In this document: positions 56,587 through 64,000 of the stretch, one piece after another
How positions within the stretch are numbered: the stretch's first letter is position 1
Layout of the letters: every line of letters begins with the position of its first letter
Source: Bacteroidales bacterium
GTDB taxonomy: Bacteria > Bacteroidota > Bacteroidia > Bacteroidales > F082
Reading direction: 5' to 3'
Assembly: GCA_024400295.1 (NCBI GenBank)
Contig: JAKSNA010000002.1
Coordinates: forward strand, 31,707 to 95,706
DNA length: 64,000 nt
The notes under the pieces: model-generated
Database searches by the model: none
What the model was told of the DNA's origin: nothing
What the model saw: only the letters and a program-made list of their open reading frames with translations
Made by a program: the position numbers and the translations under genes

Positions 56587-57366
56587 ATGATTGAAAAACC
56601 ATACGCATTGATAACCGGTGCCAGCTCTGGCATCGGTTATCAATATGCCCGCGTCATGGCTGACAGAAGATATAACCTCTTGATTGTCAGTAATGAGGCG
56701 GAGGCAATCGTCGAAAAAGGCGAGATTCTGAAACGGGATTTCGGTGTCGAGGTCGTGGCTCTCATGCGTGACCTCGGACAGCAGGATTCCGCCAGAGAGC
56801 TGCATGAATATTGCATCATGAATCAGATTGAAGTCGAAGTGCTGATCAACAACGCCGGCGTGTATCACGACCGCGATTTCATCAACGACACGGAGAAATT
56901 CAATATGCTCATTCTTAATCTTCATGTCACAACGCCCGCGATGCTGACTTATTATTTCGGGACGGATATGGCGGCGCGACACAAAGGTTATATCCTCAAC
57001 ATGAGCTCCATCACATCTGACATTGCTGTTCAACGACTTGCAACATACGGTGCAACGAAGGCTTTCCTGAAGAATTTCTCGCGCTCCACACATATCGAGC
57101 TTTACCATCAAGGCGTTTATGTCACTTGCGTGCGGCCTGGTGCTGTTGCGACGACACTTTACAACCTGAAGCCGTCAGCGGTGAAAGCAGGGCTGATTGT
57201 CGGTTACATAATAAAACCTGAGAAATTGGCGAAGAAGGCTGTCCGTGCGATGTTCCACAAACGTGCGCGTATCACACCAGGTTTCCTGAATCATGTGCTT
57301 TTGCTTCTGATTGCTCTGCTTCCGACGTGCGTGTTGCGTTTAGTGAGAAGATGGCACATTTTTTAA
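56587..57366 (+). CDS. SDR-family oxidoreductase
   Basis: ITGASSGIGYQ, NNAGV, YGATKAF motifs. ATG 56587; track start is TTG. Confidence 0.85.
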   Translation: MIEKPYALITGASSGIGYQYARVMADRRYNLLIVSNEAEAIVEKGEILKRDFGVEVVALMRDLGQQDSARELHEYCIMNQIEVEVLINNAGVYHDRDFINDTEKFNMLILNLHVTTPAMLTYYFGTDMAARHKGYILNMSSITSDIAVQRLATYGATKAFLKNFSRSTHIELYHQGVYVTCVRPGAVATTLYNLKPSAVKAGLIVGYIIKPEKLAKKAVRAMFHKRARITPGFLNHVLLLLIALLPTCVLRLVRRWHIF

Positions 57367-58731
57367 ATGTCTCGCCGATAACTCTTTGATTGTCGTGTTT
57401 AAACGCTCATTTCCAAGCAGTTGCTCCAAACTCTGGTGCATCCTGTATCTCCACCTGTGGTTCGGGTCGGCGGGTTTGTTGATCTGCTCCTCCCATGTGC
57501 AGTCCCAGCGGAAGTCGCCGTCCATCGCGATGTAATCCTGTATCGGGATGATGACCCATTGCGACGCGGAGTGCATGTGTTGCCCGATGATTTCCTTGCA
57601 GATGTATGGCTCACAGAAATATGGCGCACCGTCATCGTGGTGCAGCATCTCGTGATAGAATCTTGCCGAAAGCTCACGGTCTTCCTCCCACCATCCGCGT
57701 ATCGTCGGCATGTCGTGGGTGCCTGTGGTATCGACGCTGAGGTACGGGTTTTCACGCGGGTCGCTGAACGGACGGCTGCTGCTCTTAGGCATACGCTGCA
57801 CTTCGAGACTCAAGATGCCGAGCTCGCGCATCACGCCCGGGACGCACGGTGCCACCATGCCGAGGTCTTCGCCGCAAATCAACAACTTGGAGTTTCCGAA
57901 AATCCTCGACAGTCTGTTTCTTCCTTCAATCTCCCAGCGGATCGGATCGGTAGGGGAGTAGTGCCCGAAGGAGGCGTTTGGGCTGCCTTTAGGAATCTCC
58001 CAGATGCGGAAGAAGCCGAGGATGTGGTCAATTCTCAAAGCGTCGAAATATCTCTCGATCCATTTTACGCGACTACGCCACCAAGCGAAGTCGTCTTTCG
58101 CCATCTCATCCCAGTTGTACGTCGGGAACCCCCAGTTCTGTCCTTCCGCGGCGAAAGCGTCTGGCGGTGCGCCGGTCTCCATGTCAAGGTTGAAAAGCTG
58201 TGGGTTCTGTTTCACGTCGTTGCTATCTCGGTTCACCCCAATGGGCAGGTCGCCTTTCAGCATGATGCCTTTACTGTGCAGATAATCAACGGCTTCGGTG
58301 AACTGCTTGTCGCAATGATATTGCAGGAAATCGTAAAAATCCTTGAAATCATCCTGACGGTCAAATATTTTCTTCAGATACTCCATCTTCGCCTTGAAAA
58401 CCGCAGGGTAATCGACAAATTCCTTGGCGTTGAGTTCTTTTTTCTTCTCGTTGAAACGAAGACGCTCATTCTCATCTTTCAAGATGCCGACTTTTTCGAG
58501 ATTAAGGTAAATAGGATGTAACGTCTTGGTTGACATTGACTTGTAAGGATATGAGTCATTCCATCCGCCGTCAGTTGTCGTGTCGTTGACCGGGAGTATC
58601 TGAATGAGTTTCAGTCCGCTCATAACGCACCAGTCGGCGAGTTTTTTGAGGTCGTTGAACTCACCGATGCCGAAGCTGTCGTCGCTTCTCAATGAAAAGA
58701 CCGGAACCGAAACGCCCGCGAAGTAATTCAT
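57340..58731 (-). CDS. malQ: 4-alpha-glucanotransferase (GH77 amylomaltase), compact form
   Basis: GVSVPVFSLRSDDSFGIGEF, ILPVNDT, GDLPIGV, RIDHILGF, CGEDLG, THD motifs; 27-nt convergent overlap with the SDR gene. Confidence 0.88.
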   Translation of the reverse strand: MNYFAGVSVPVFSLRSDDSFGIGEFNDLKKLADWCVMSGLKLIQILPVNDTTTDGGWNDSYPYKSMSTKTLHPIYLNLEKVGILKDENERLRFNEKKKELNAKEFVDYPAVFKAKMEYLKKIFDRQDDFKDFYDFLQYHCDKQFTEAVDYLHSKGIMLKGDLPIGVNRDSNDVKQNPQLFNLDMETGAPPDAFAAEGQNWGFPTYNWDEMAKDDFAWWRSRVKWIERYFDALRIDHILGFFRIWEIPKGSPNASFGHYSPTDPIRWEIEGRNRLSRIFGNSKLLICGEDLGMVAPCVPGVMRELGILSLEVQRMPKSSSRPFSDPRENPYLSVDTTGTHDMPTIRGWWEEDRELSARFYHEMLHHDDGAPYFCEPYICKEIIGQHMHSASQWVIIPIQDYIAMDGDFRWDCTWEEQINKPADPNHRWRYRMHQSLEQLLGNERLNTTIKELSARHLKNVPSSH

Positions 58732-58736
58732 CTTCT

Positions 58737-58996
58737 TTAATTTAAGTGTTGAGAGTTTAGAGTTGAGAGTGAAGTTATGGGCAACTCCATTCTCAACCCT
58801 ATTAATTTAAGTGTTGAGAGTTTAGAGTTGAGAGTGAAGTTATGGGCAACTCCATTCTCAACCCTTTTAATTTAAGTGTTGAGAGTTTAGAGTTGAGAGT
58901 GAAATTATGGGCAACTCCACTCTCAACCCTTTTAATTTAAGTGTTGAGAGTTTAGAGTTGAGAGTGAAATTATGGGTAACTCCACTCTCAACTCTA
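58737..58996. repeat. Tandem array of four 65-bp units, each carrying a 10-bp hairpin
   Basis: Units start at 58737, 58802, 58867, 58932. Units 1 and 2 are identical; units 3 and 4 differ by a few substitutions. GTTGAGAGTG...C(A/C)(C/T)TCTCAAC arms lie in each unit. Confidence 0.95.
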
Positions 58997-59010
58997 AAAA
59001 CTTCACTCTG

Positions 59011-59583
59011 TTATTGGATTTTGTCAATCTCCCCGCAGAGTGTCGCGAAGATGTCTTGAATCTGACCTACTCCGTTGATACCCTTGAGGTTGCCTTGTTT
59101 TTCGTAATAGGCGAGGACTGGTTTCGTCTTCTCGTCGTATTCCACGAAACGGTGTTTGATTGATTCGATGTTGTCGTCAGCGCGGCCGCTTGTCTTGCCG
59201 CGTTCAATCATGCGGTTGATGAGTATCTCTTCCGGCACTTCGAGACTTAGCACTCTGTTGATTTTCAATGAGAACTCTTTCATGATGCCGTCGAGCATCT
59301 CAGCCTGGCGCACTGTGCGCGGGAAGCCGTCAAACAGGAAACCTGCCGATTTCTGGTTGGCTTCGACTCTGCCTCTGATTATGGAGACAACGATTTCATC
59401 GCTCACGAGACCGCCTTTGCTGATGATGTCTTTCACCTTCTTGCCAATCTCTGTCTCGGCTGCCATCTCTTCGCGGAGAATGTCGCCCGTTGAAAGGTAA
59501 GTGAGATTGTATTTTTCCTTAAGTTGCTGTGACTGTGTGCCTTTGCCTGCACCTGGAGGACCAAAAAGAATGATGTTTAACAT
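59011..59583 (-). CDS. adk: Adenylate kinase
   Basis: MLNIILFGPPGAGKGTQ P-loop, GFLFDGFPRT, RADDN. ATG at 59583; the longer track ORF is rejected. Confidence 0.95.
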   Translation of the reverse strand: MLNIILFGPPGAGKGTQSQQLKEKYNLTYLSTGDILREEMAAETEIGKKVKDIISKGGLVSDEIVVSIIRGRVEANQKSAGFLFDGFPRTVRQAEMLDGIMKEFSLKINRVLSLEVPEEILINRMIERGKTSGRADDNIESIKHRFVEYDEKTKPVLAYYEKQGNLKGINGVGQIQDIFATLCGEIDKIQ

Positions 59584-59620
59584 GATATTTTTTGTTTTAT
59601 GATTCTTTAATCTTTTAATT

Positions 59621-60160
59621 CTACTCCACAATCTTGTAAATCTCTCTCAGATTGCGGCCGTATTCGTTGTAGTCGAGGCCGTAGCCGACGATGAACTCAT
59701 TGCCGATGTTCAATCCGATGTAATCGACTTTGTAATTGAATTTAAATGCGTTAGGCTTGAACATCATCGTCGCGATTCTGATGCTTCTTGCGCCGGCGGC
59801 TTCAAGGTCTTTGCGAAACTCGCTCATCGTGAAACCGGAGTCGATGAGGTCTTCAACAATCACTATGTTTCTGCCTCTGACATCTTCTGCCTTCGCGCCG
59901 ATCATCACATTCGCGCTGTTGGTGCAATGCGTCCCTGAATAGGATTTGTATTTCACGAAAGAGATTTCACATGGGATGTCAATGCTTTTGAACAATTCGC
60001 CGGCGAACATGAACGCGCCGTTGAGCATGACGAGAAACAAAGGGTCGCGGCCTTCCATGTCTCTCGTGATTTCTTTTGCGACTCTGTGAATCTCACCTTC
60101 AATTTTTTCTTGCGAAATATAAGACGCAAATTCTTTATCAAGAACTTTTATAATGTTCAT
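59621..60160 (-). CDS. hpt: Hypoxanthine phosphoribosyltransferase
   Basis: PRPP motif IVIVEDLIDSGFTM, KYKSY..., FIVGYGLDYNE. Confidence 0.92.
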   Translation of the reverse strand: MNIIKVLDKEFASYISQEKIEGEIHRVAKEITRDMEGRDPLFLVMLNGAFMFAGELFKSIDIPCEISFVKYKSYSGTHCTNSANVMIGAKAEDVRGRNIVIVEDLIDSGFTMSEFRKDLEAAGARSIRIATMMFKPNAFKFNYKVDYIGLNIGNEFIVGYGLDYNEYGRNLREIYKIVE

Positions 60161-60203
60161 AATCAAGTGGTTGTAATCTTTACTCCAAAAATCAAAACAA
60201 ATG

Positions 60204-60211
60204 CAAAAATA
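60204..60211 (-). promoter_or_regulatory. -7 promoter box, hpt-adk
   Basis: TATTTTTG on minus strand, ATG 60160 is 44 nt downstream. Confidence 0.45.
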
Positions 60212-60274
60212 ATCTTTTTTTCAGACAGTAGAAAATTTACTTGACAATTATAATTCCGATATGCTCATTTTATG

Positions 60275-60282
60275 TATTTTTG
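60275..60282 (+). promoter_or_regulatory. -7 promoter box, purE
   Basis: TATTTTTG, ATG 18 nt downstream. Confidence 0.55.
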
Positions 60283-60299
60283 CAGAAATTTATAAAAAT

Positions 60300-60803
60300 A
60301 TGAATCCTATTGTAAGTGTGATTATGGGAAGCACGTCGGACCTTCCGGTTTTGGAAAAGGGTCTCGCTTTCCTCGATGAGATGGAAATCCCGTTCGAAAT
60401 GAATGCGTTAAGTGCGCATCGTACTCCGGAACTTGTGGAAGAATTTGCACGCAACGCACAGTCACGCGGCATAAAAGTCATCATTGCGGCGGCTGGTATG
60501 GCGGCGCATCTGCCAGGCGTGATAGCGGCGATGACACCACTGCCGGTCATCGGAATACCGGTGAAATCTGGCATGGAGATGGACGCGCTGTTTTCAATAG
60601 TGCAGATGCCTCCAGGAATACCTGTCGCGACAGTCGGCATCAACGCCTCGTTGAACGCCGCGATACTCGCAGCGCAGATCCTCGCCGTCGGTAACCCCGA
60701 AATGATGAAGAAAGTCGTTGACTATAAGGAGGGTCTGAAAGGCAAGATCGCAAAGGCCAACGCCGAACTGAAAGATATTCACTATAAGTTCAAGACAAAC
60801 TGA
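60300..60803 (+). CDS. purE: 5-(carboxyamino)imidazole ribonucleotide mutase
   Basis: VSVIMGSTSDLPV, SAHRTP, IIAAAGMAAHLPGV, GIPV motifs; ATG 60300, 18 nt past a -7 box. Confidence 0.95.
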   Translation: MNPIVSVIMGSTSDLPVLEKGLAFLDEMEIPFEMNALSAHRTPELVEEFARNAQSRGIKVIIAAAGMAAHLPGVIAAMTPLPVIGIPVKSGMEMDALFSIVQMPPGIPVATVGINASLNAAILAAQILAVGNPEMMKKVVDYKEGLKGKIAKANAELKDIHYKFKTN

Positions 60804-60821
60804 TTTTTAGTGTTGAGAGTG

Positions 60822-60871
60822 GAGTGTTGAGAGTGAAGTTTGGAGTTGTGGAAACTTCACTCTCAACACTC
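60822..60871 (+). terminator. 20-bp perfect hairpin after purE (member of the GTTGAGAGTG repeat family)
   Basis: GAGTGTTGAGAGTGAAGTTT (60822-60841) pairs perfectly with AAACTTCACTCTCAACACTC (60852-60871), 10-nt loop; left arm C-free, right arm G-free. Confidence 0.65.
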
Positions 60872-60892
60872 AACACTCCAAACTAAAATGAA

Positions 60893-61615
60893 ATGATTGA
60901 TATTAAGGAAGAACGAAGTCGTTTTTTCAACAGTTTCATCGTCCCGGTGGCGTTCGTCGTCTTGATGTGGGCTGTGAAGGCTGTCGAGGAGATGTTTTGT
61001 TTGGATTTCTCTTTTCTCGGAATCCAACCTTTGAAAAAGGAGGGTATTCCCGGGATTTTTCTTTTTCATTTCATTCATGGAAGCTGGGAGCATCTTCTTG
61101 CTAACACCTTGCCAATCATCGTGTTGGGCGCGATGCTTTATTATTTTTATAGGACTATCGCGTCAAAAGTGTGGTTGGTCTTGATGTTTTCTACCGGATT
61201 TTTCACATGGTGCATCGCTGGCGGGGGCTGTCATGTGGGCGCGTCGGCACTCATATACGGCATGGCTTTCTTCCTGATGGTCAGCGGGTTCATCAGACGA
61301 AACAAGAGCCTTATCGTGGTCTCGTTCCTTGTGATTTTGCTTTACGGAAGCCTCATCTGGGGACTTTTCCCGAAATATGCTGTCGAAAACAACGTTTCGT
61401 GGGAGGGGCATTTCTCCGGTTTCCTGTTCGGAATCATTTTGGCGGTTTATTACCGGAAGGAAGGTCCGTCAAACGACAACGAAAAAAACGGCGATGAAGA
61501 TGACTCAGACGATGATGATGCCGCTGATGGCGAAAAGCCTTACTGGGACGTGCCTGAGCCGCCGAAGGAGGAACTGACGGTGCCGCGGTATCCGAGAGGG
61601 TGGAGGAGAGGATGA
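60893..61615 (+). CDS. Rhomboid-family intramembrane serine protease with acidic C-terminal tail
   Basis: HGSWEHLLAN (H..H), GASALIYG (GxSG catalytic Ser), 6 TM segments. Confidence 0.85.
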   Translation: MIDIKEERSRFFNSFIVPVAFVVLMWAVKAVEEMFCLDFSFLGIQPLKKEGIPGIFLFHFIHGSWEHLLANTLPIIVLGAMLYYFYRTIASKVWLVLMFSTGFFTWCIAGGGCHVGASALIYGMAFFLMVSGFIRRNKSLIVVSFLVILLYGSLIWGLFPKYAVENNVSWEGHFSGFLFGIILAVYYRKEGPSNDNEKNGDEDDSDDDDAADGEKPYWDVPEPPKEELTVPRYPRGWRRG

Positions 61616-61644
61616 AGACTTGGAATGAATTTACTTGTGCAAAC

Positions 61645-62436
61645 TCATTGAAACTCCGCATAATCCTTTAATTTCGGCTTAATGTCATCTCCGACTATTT
61701 CCGCGAGTTGCTCCCACGATGTTATCAGCCCTTTCTGCTCGCGATAGTTCACAATCTTTTTCACGTCTTCGTATTCCAGATACGGGTGTCTGTTTAAAAC
61801 TTTGAATGAATCATAATTGATTCTCAATTTGTTAGGCTCGAAGATGCTGTCAACTATCACATAATTTTCAATGTTTCCGAAGCGTGTCGTGTCCATGCCA
61901 TAGACTTCGAGAAGCTGTTCTGTCTTGATGTAACCGCCGAGTCTGTCACGGTATTCAACAATGCGCTTCGCGAATGACGAACCGATGCCTGGCAGTTCTT
62001 TCAACAACATTGTATCGGCTGTGTTGATGTCAATAATCGGAATAGTCTTTTCTTTAAAAGATTGATAATGAATGCTATCTTTGAGTTTTGGCTCTCTGAA
62101 AACTCTGTTTTTGCTTTTTTGCGTATTCTGGTTTGAGCTGTTTTTGCTTTTCTTATAAGAAGCTTTGCGTTCAGCTTTTTTTATTGAATCAAGTGTCAAT
62201 AATGAGTCTATTTGTCGTTGCTGTGAATCGATGATTGAATCAAGATTGTGGAAATAAACTGTTCTTTTAGGAGGATTCTTGACTAATAAATATTTGGTTA
62301 TCAATAATATGACAACGATAGTCAGTATCGTGATTATGGCTGTACGCTCGCTTTTGCTGAATGTCAGAAAACGCTTGAAGTTGTCTTTCATAAATAAGGT
62401 TTCATAACGGTTTTGAAAGTCGGAAGCCATGGTCAT
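61645..62436 (-). CDS. ComEA-like helix-hairpin-helix DNA-binding protein, membrane-anchored
   Basis: N-terminal TM; IDINTADTMLLKELPGIGSSFAKRIVEYR HhH motif plus a second degenerate HhH. Confidence 0.75.
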   Translation of the reverse strand: MTMASDFQNRYETLFMKDNFKRFLTFSKSERTAIITILTIVVILLITKYLLVKNPPKRTVYFHNLDSIIDSQQRQIDSLLTLDSIKKAERKASYKKSKNSSNQNTQKSKNRVFREPKLKDSIHYQSFKEKTIPIIDINTADTMLLKELPGIGSSFAKRIVEYRDRLGGYIKTEQLLEVYGMDTTRFGNIENYVIVDSIFEPNKLRINYDSFKVLNRHPYLEYEDVKKIVNYREQKGLITSWEQLAEIVGDDIKPKLKDYAEFQ

Positions 62437-62451
62437 GACTTCCGACTTCGG

Positions 62452-63804
62452 TTACATGATAAACTGGCTGACCATGATGACGGCGATTGCCACTGGAGCC
62501 AAGTATTTGATTATGAAATAAAAAATTTTATTCAGTCGCTTATTGACGGTTCCGCCGTTGGTGAACTCGTCTTCGAAGTCTTGTTTTTTGATTTTCCAAC
62601 CTAAGAATAACACTGTGAAAAGTCCGACGAGTGTCATAAACACCATTGAGGTTATTTTGTCCAAGCCGTCGAAAACGGTGAATCCAAAGATGGTGAGGCC
62701 GCTGTCGTTGTGCAGACTCATAGCCGCTAATATACTGATAATGAATACTCCGACAGAACTATATATTGTCGCTTTCCGCCGCGACAAGTTAAGTTCTTCG
62801 GTCATGTATGAGACCACCACCTCAAACAGCGACAGGGCCGAGGTCCATGCCGCGATGACAAGGAGAATGAAGAAAATGAGGCAGAAGAAGTAGCCTCCAT
62901 TCATCTGGTTGAAGAGCATCGGAAGGGTGTTGAACGCCAGTGACGGACCGGCTTCGGGTCGTATGCCGAACGAGAATGCTGCCGGGAAGATGATGATGCC
63001 GGCGATGATTGCGACGAGAGTGTCCGACAGCCCGACCATCAACGAGGTGGTGACGAGGTTGTCTTTCTTCGAGATATATGAGCCGTATGTTATCAGCGCA
63101 CCCATTCCGAGGCTCATTGAGAAAAAGACCTGCCCGAGTGCGCTAATCAGCACATGCCCGTCAATTTTGGAGAAGTCAGGTTTGAAGAAAAACTTAAGTC
63201 CTTCGTAAGCCCCTGGCAATAACAATGATTTGACACACAATATCAAAAGTAAAATGACGAGTATCGGCATCAGAATTTTCGAATATTTCTCAATGCCTTT
63301 TGAGATGCCTTTGGCGATGACAATGGCCGAGATGAAGATGAACAAAGCCTGCCACAGCAAAGGCCTGACAGTCAGGTTAATAGAGTTGTTGAACCCCTGC
63401 TCTATGGCGGCGAGGTCTTTTCCGTGATAATAATTTATCACCGACTTATACACTGACTCGAGTGCCCAACCTGCCACCGTGGTGTAGAATGCGAGGATGA
63501 GGAATCCGCACAGCACGCTCATGTAACCTGTTAGCGGCCAGCCTTTTGCGTCAGGAGCCAGTGCTTTAAACGCACCGGCAGGATTTTTCTGCGCCCGTCT
63601 TCCGATAACGAATTCGCCGACCATCATTGGGATGCCGAGTGCCAGCACTATCCCGAGATACACAATCAGAAATGCCCCGCCGCCGTTTTCGCCTGCGACG
63701 CAAGGAAATCTGTAAATGTTACCTAATCCGACTGCCGAACCTGCCGCCGCCGCTATAATCCCAATCTTGGAGCCAAAATGCTCTCTTCTCTTTTTTCCTG
63801 TCAT
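62452..63804 (-). CDS. Sodium-dependent transporter (NSS/SNF family)
   Basis: GSAVGLGNIYRFP signature, about 12 TM segments. Confidence 0.9.
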   Translation of the reverse strand: MTGKKRREHFGSKIGIIAAAAGSAVGLGNIYRFPCVAGENGGGAFLIVYLGIVLALGIPMMVGEFVIGRRAQKNPAGAFKALAPDAKGWPLTGYMSVLCGFLILAFYTTVAGWALESVYKSVINYYHGKDLAAIEQGFNNSINLTVRPLLWQALFIFISAIVIAKGISKGIEKYSKILMPILVILLLILCVKSLLLPGAYEGLKFFFKPDFSKIDGHVLISALGQVFFSMSLGMGALITYGSYISKKDNLVTTSLMVGLSDTLVAIIAGIIIFPAAFSFGIRPEAGPSLAFNTLPMLFNQMNGGYFFCLIFFILLVIAAWTSALSLFEVVVSYMTEELNLSRRKATIYSSVGVFIISILAAMSLHNDSGLTIFGFTVFDGLDKITSMVFMTLVGLFTVLFLGWKIKKQDFEDEFTNGGTVNKRLNKIFYFIIKYLAPVAIAVIMVSQFIM

Positions 63805-63825
63805 TTTTTTACTGATATGGAACTG

Positions 63826-63858
63826 CTACTTTACTCTTTACTCTTTACTCTTTACTCT
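63826..63858. repeat. Tandem 7-nt repeat (CTTTACT)n, G-free on + strand
   Basis: CTACTTTACTCTTTACTCTTTACTCTTTACTCTC between the upp stop and the NSS transporter start. Confidence 0.9.
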
Positions 63859-64000
63859 CTAATCCCCCTTCGGGCCGTATGCCAAGTCGCCGGCATCGCC
63901 AAGTCCCGGCACAATGTACGACTTTGCGGTTAGCTCGTCGTCGATGTTGACTGTCCAGAGCGTGGCGTCAATGCCATTGAGGTTTTCTTTCACGAATTCT
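63859..64000 (-). CDS. upp: Uracil phosphoribosyltransferase, 3' end only (5' part outside window)
   Basis: Own translation of the minus strand: ...EFVKENLNGIDATLWTVNIDDELTAKSYIVPGLGDAGDLAYGPKGD*, matching the Upp C-terminal YIVPGLGDAGD motif. Confidence 0.85.
   Translation of the reverse strand, partial: EFVKENLNGIDATLWTVNIDDELTAKSYIVPGLGDAGDLAYGPKGD

Noticed and set aside
58737-58996. Possible CRISPR array
   Set aside because: The units are contiguous 65-bp repeats with 1-nt joints and no unique spacers. There are no cas genes in the window.
60893-61615. Rhomboid protease as the dedicated rhombosortase for the GGG-TM-basic tail protein at 21569
   Set aside because: The two genes are 39 kb apart with no shared operon. 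A generic rhomboid cannot be distinguished from a rhombosortase by eye. The idea is kept only as a remark in the finding.

Overview
64-kb chromosomal segment from a Bacteroidota (Bacteroidales-like) bacterium. It holds about 62 protein genes and 2 tRNAs, with no rRNA, CRISPR array, transposase or integrase. The lineage call rests on three things: about 27 exact TAnnTTTG '-7' promoter boxes 5-140 nt upstream of start codons or tRNA 5' ends, an almost complete lack of Shine-Dalgarno sequences, and phylum-typical clusters (tig-clpP-clpX; DUF6089-uppS-bamA-skp-skp; tgt-lptFG-dNK-kdsB). Most of the window is housekeeping. There are three accessory patches. (i) 21.1-25.8 kb: a long structured leader, a GC-rich secreted repeat protein, a fimbrillin-like lectin-fold lipoprotein, 600 bp of repeat-filled non-coding DNA, and an AAA-ATPase/PD-(D/E)XK gene. 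(ii) 41.6-46.0 kb: a DUF4160(pseudo)/DUF2442 pair, a DUF1016 nuclease bracketed by 53-bp direct repeats, a roughly 190-nt multi-stem non-coding element, an AT-rich EcoRI-like m6A methyltransferase, and a GC-rich DUF262-HNH nuclease. (iii) 49.1-51.2 kb: an AT-rich type II R-M pair. Patches (ii) and (iii) flank the korAB operon. The most unusual signal is not a gene. Nearly every intergenic spacer is built from short 'words' that give 30-85-nt runs using only three nucleotides (C-free or G-free). These often form the arms of long hairpins, and in places they have expanded into tandem arrays with 7-, 17-, 36- and 65-nt units. One array sits in frame inside the essential tilS gene. All family names come from motif recognition by eye. 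No database search or folding program was run.
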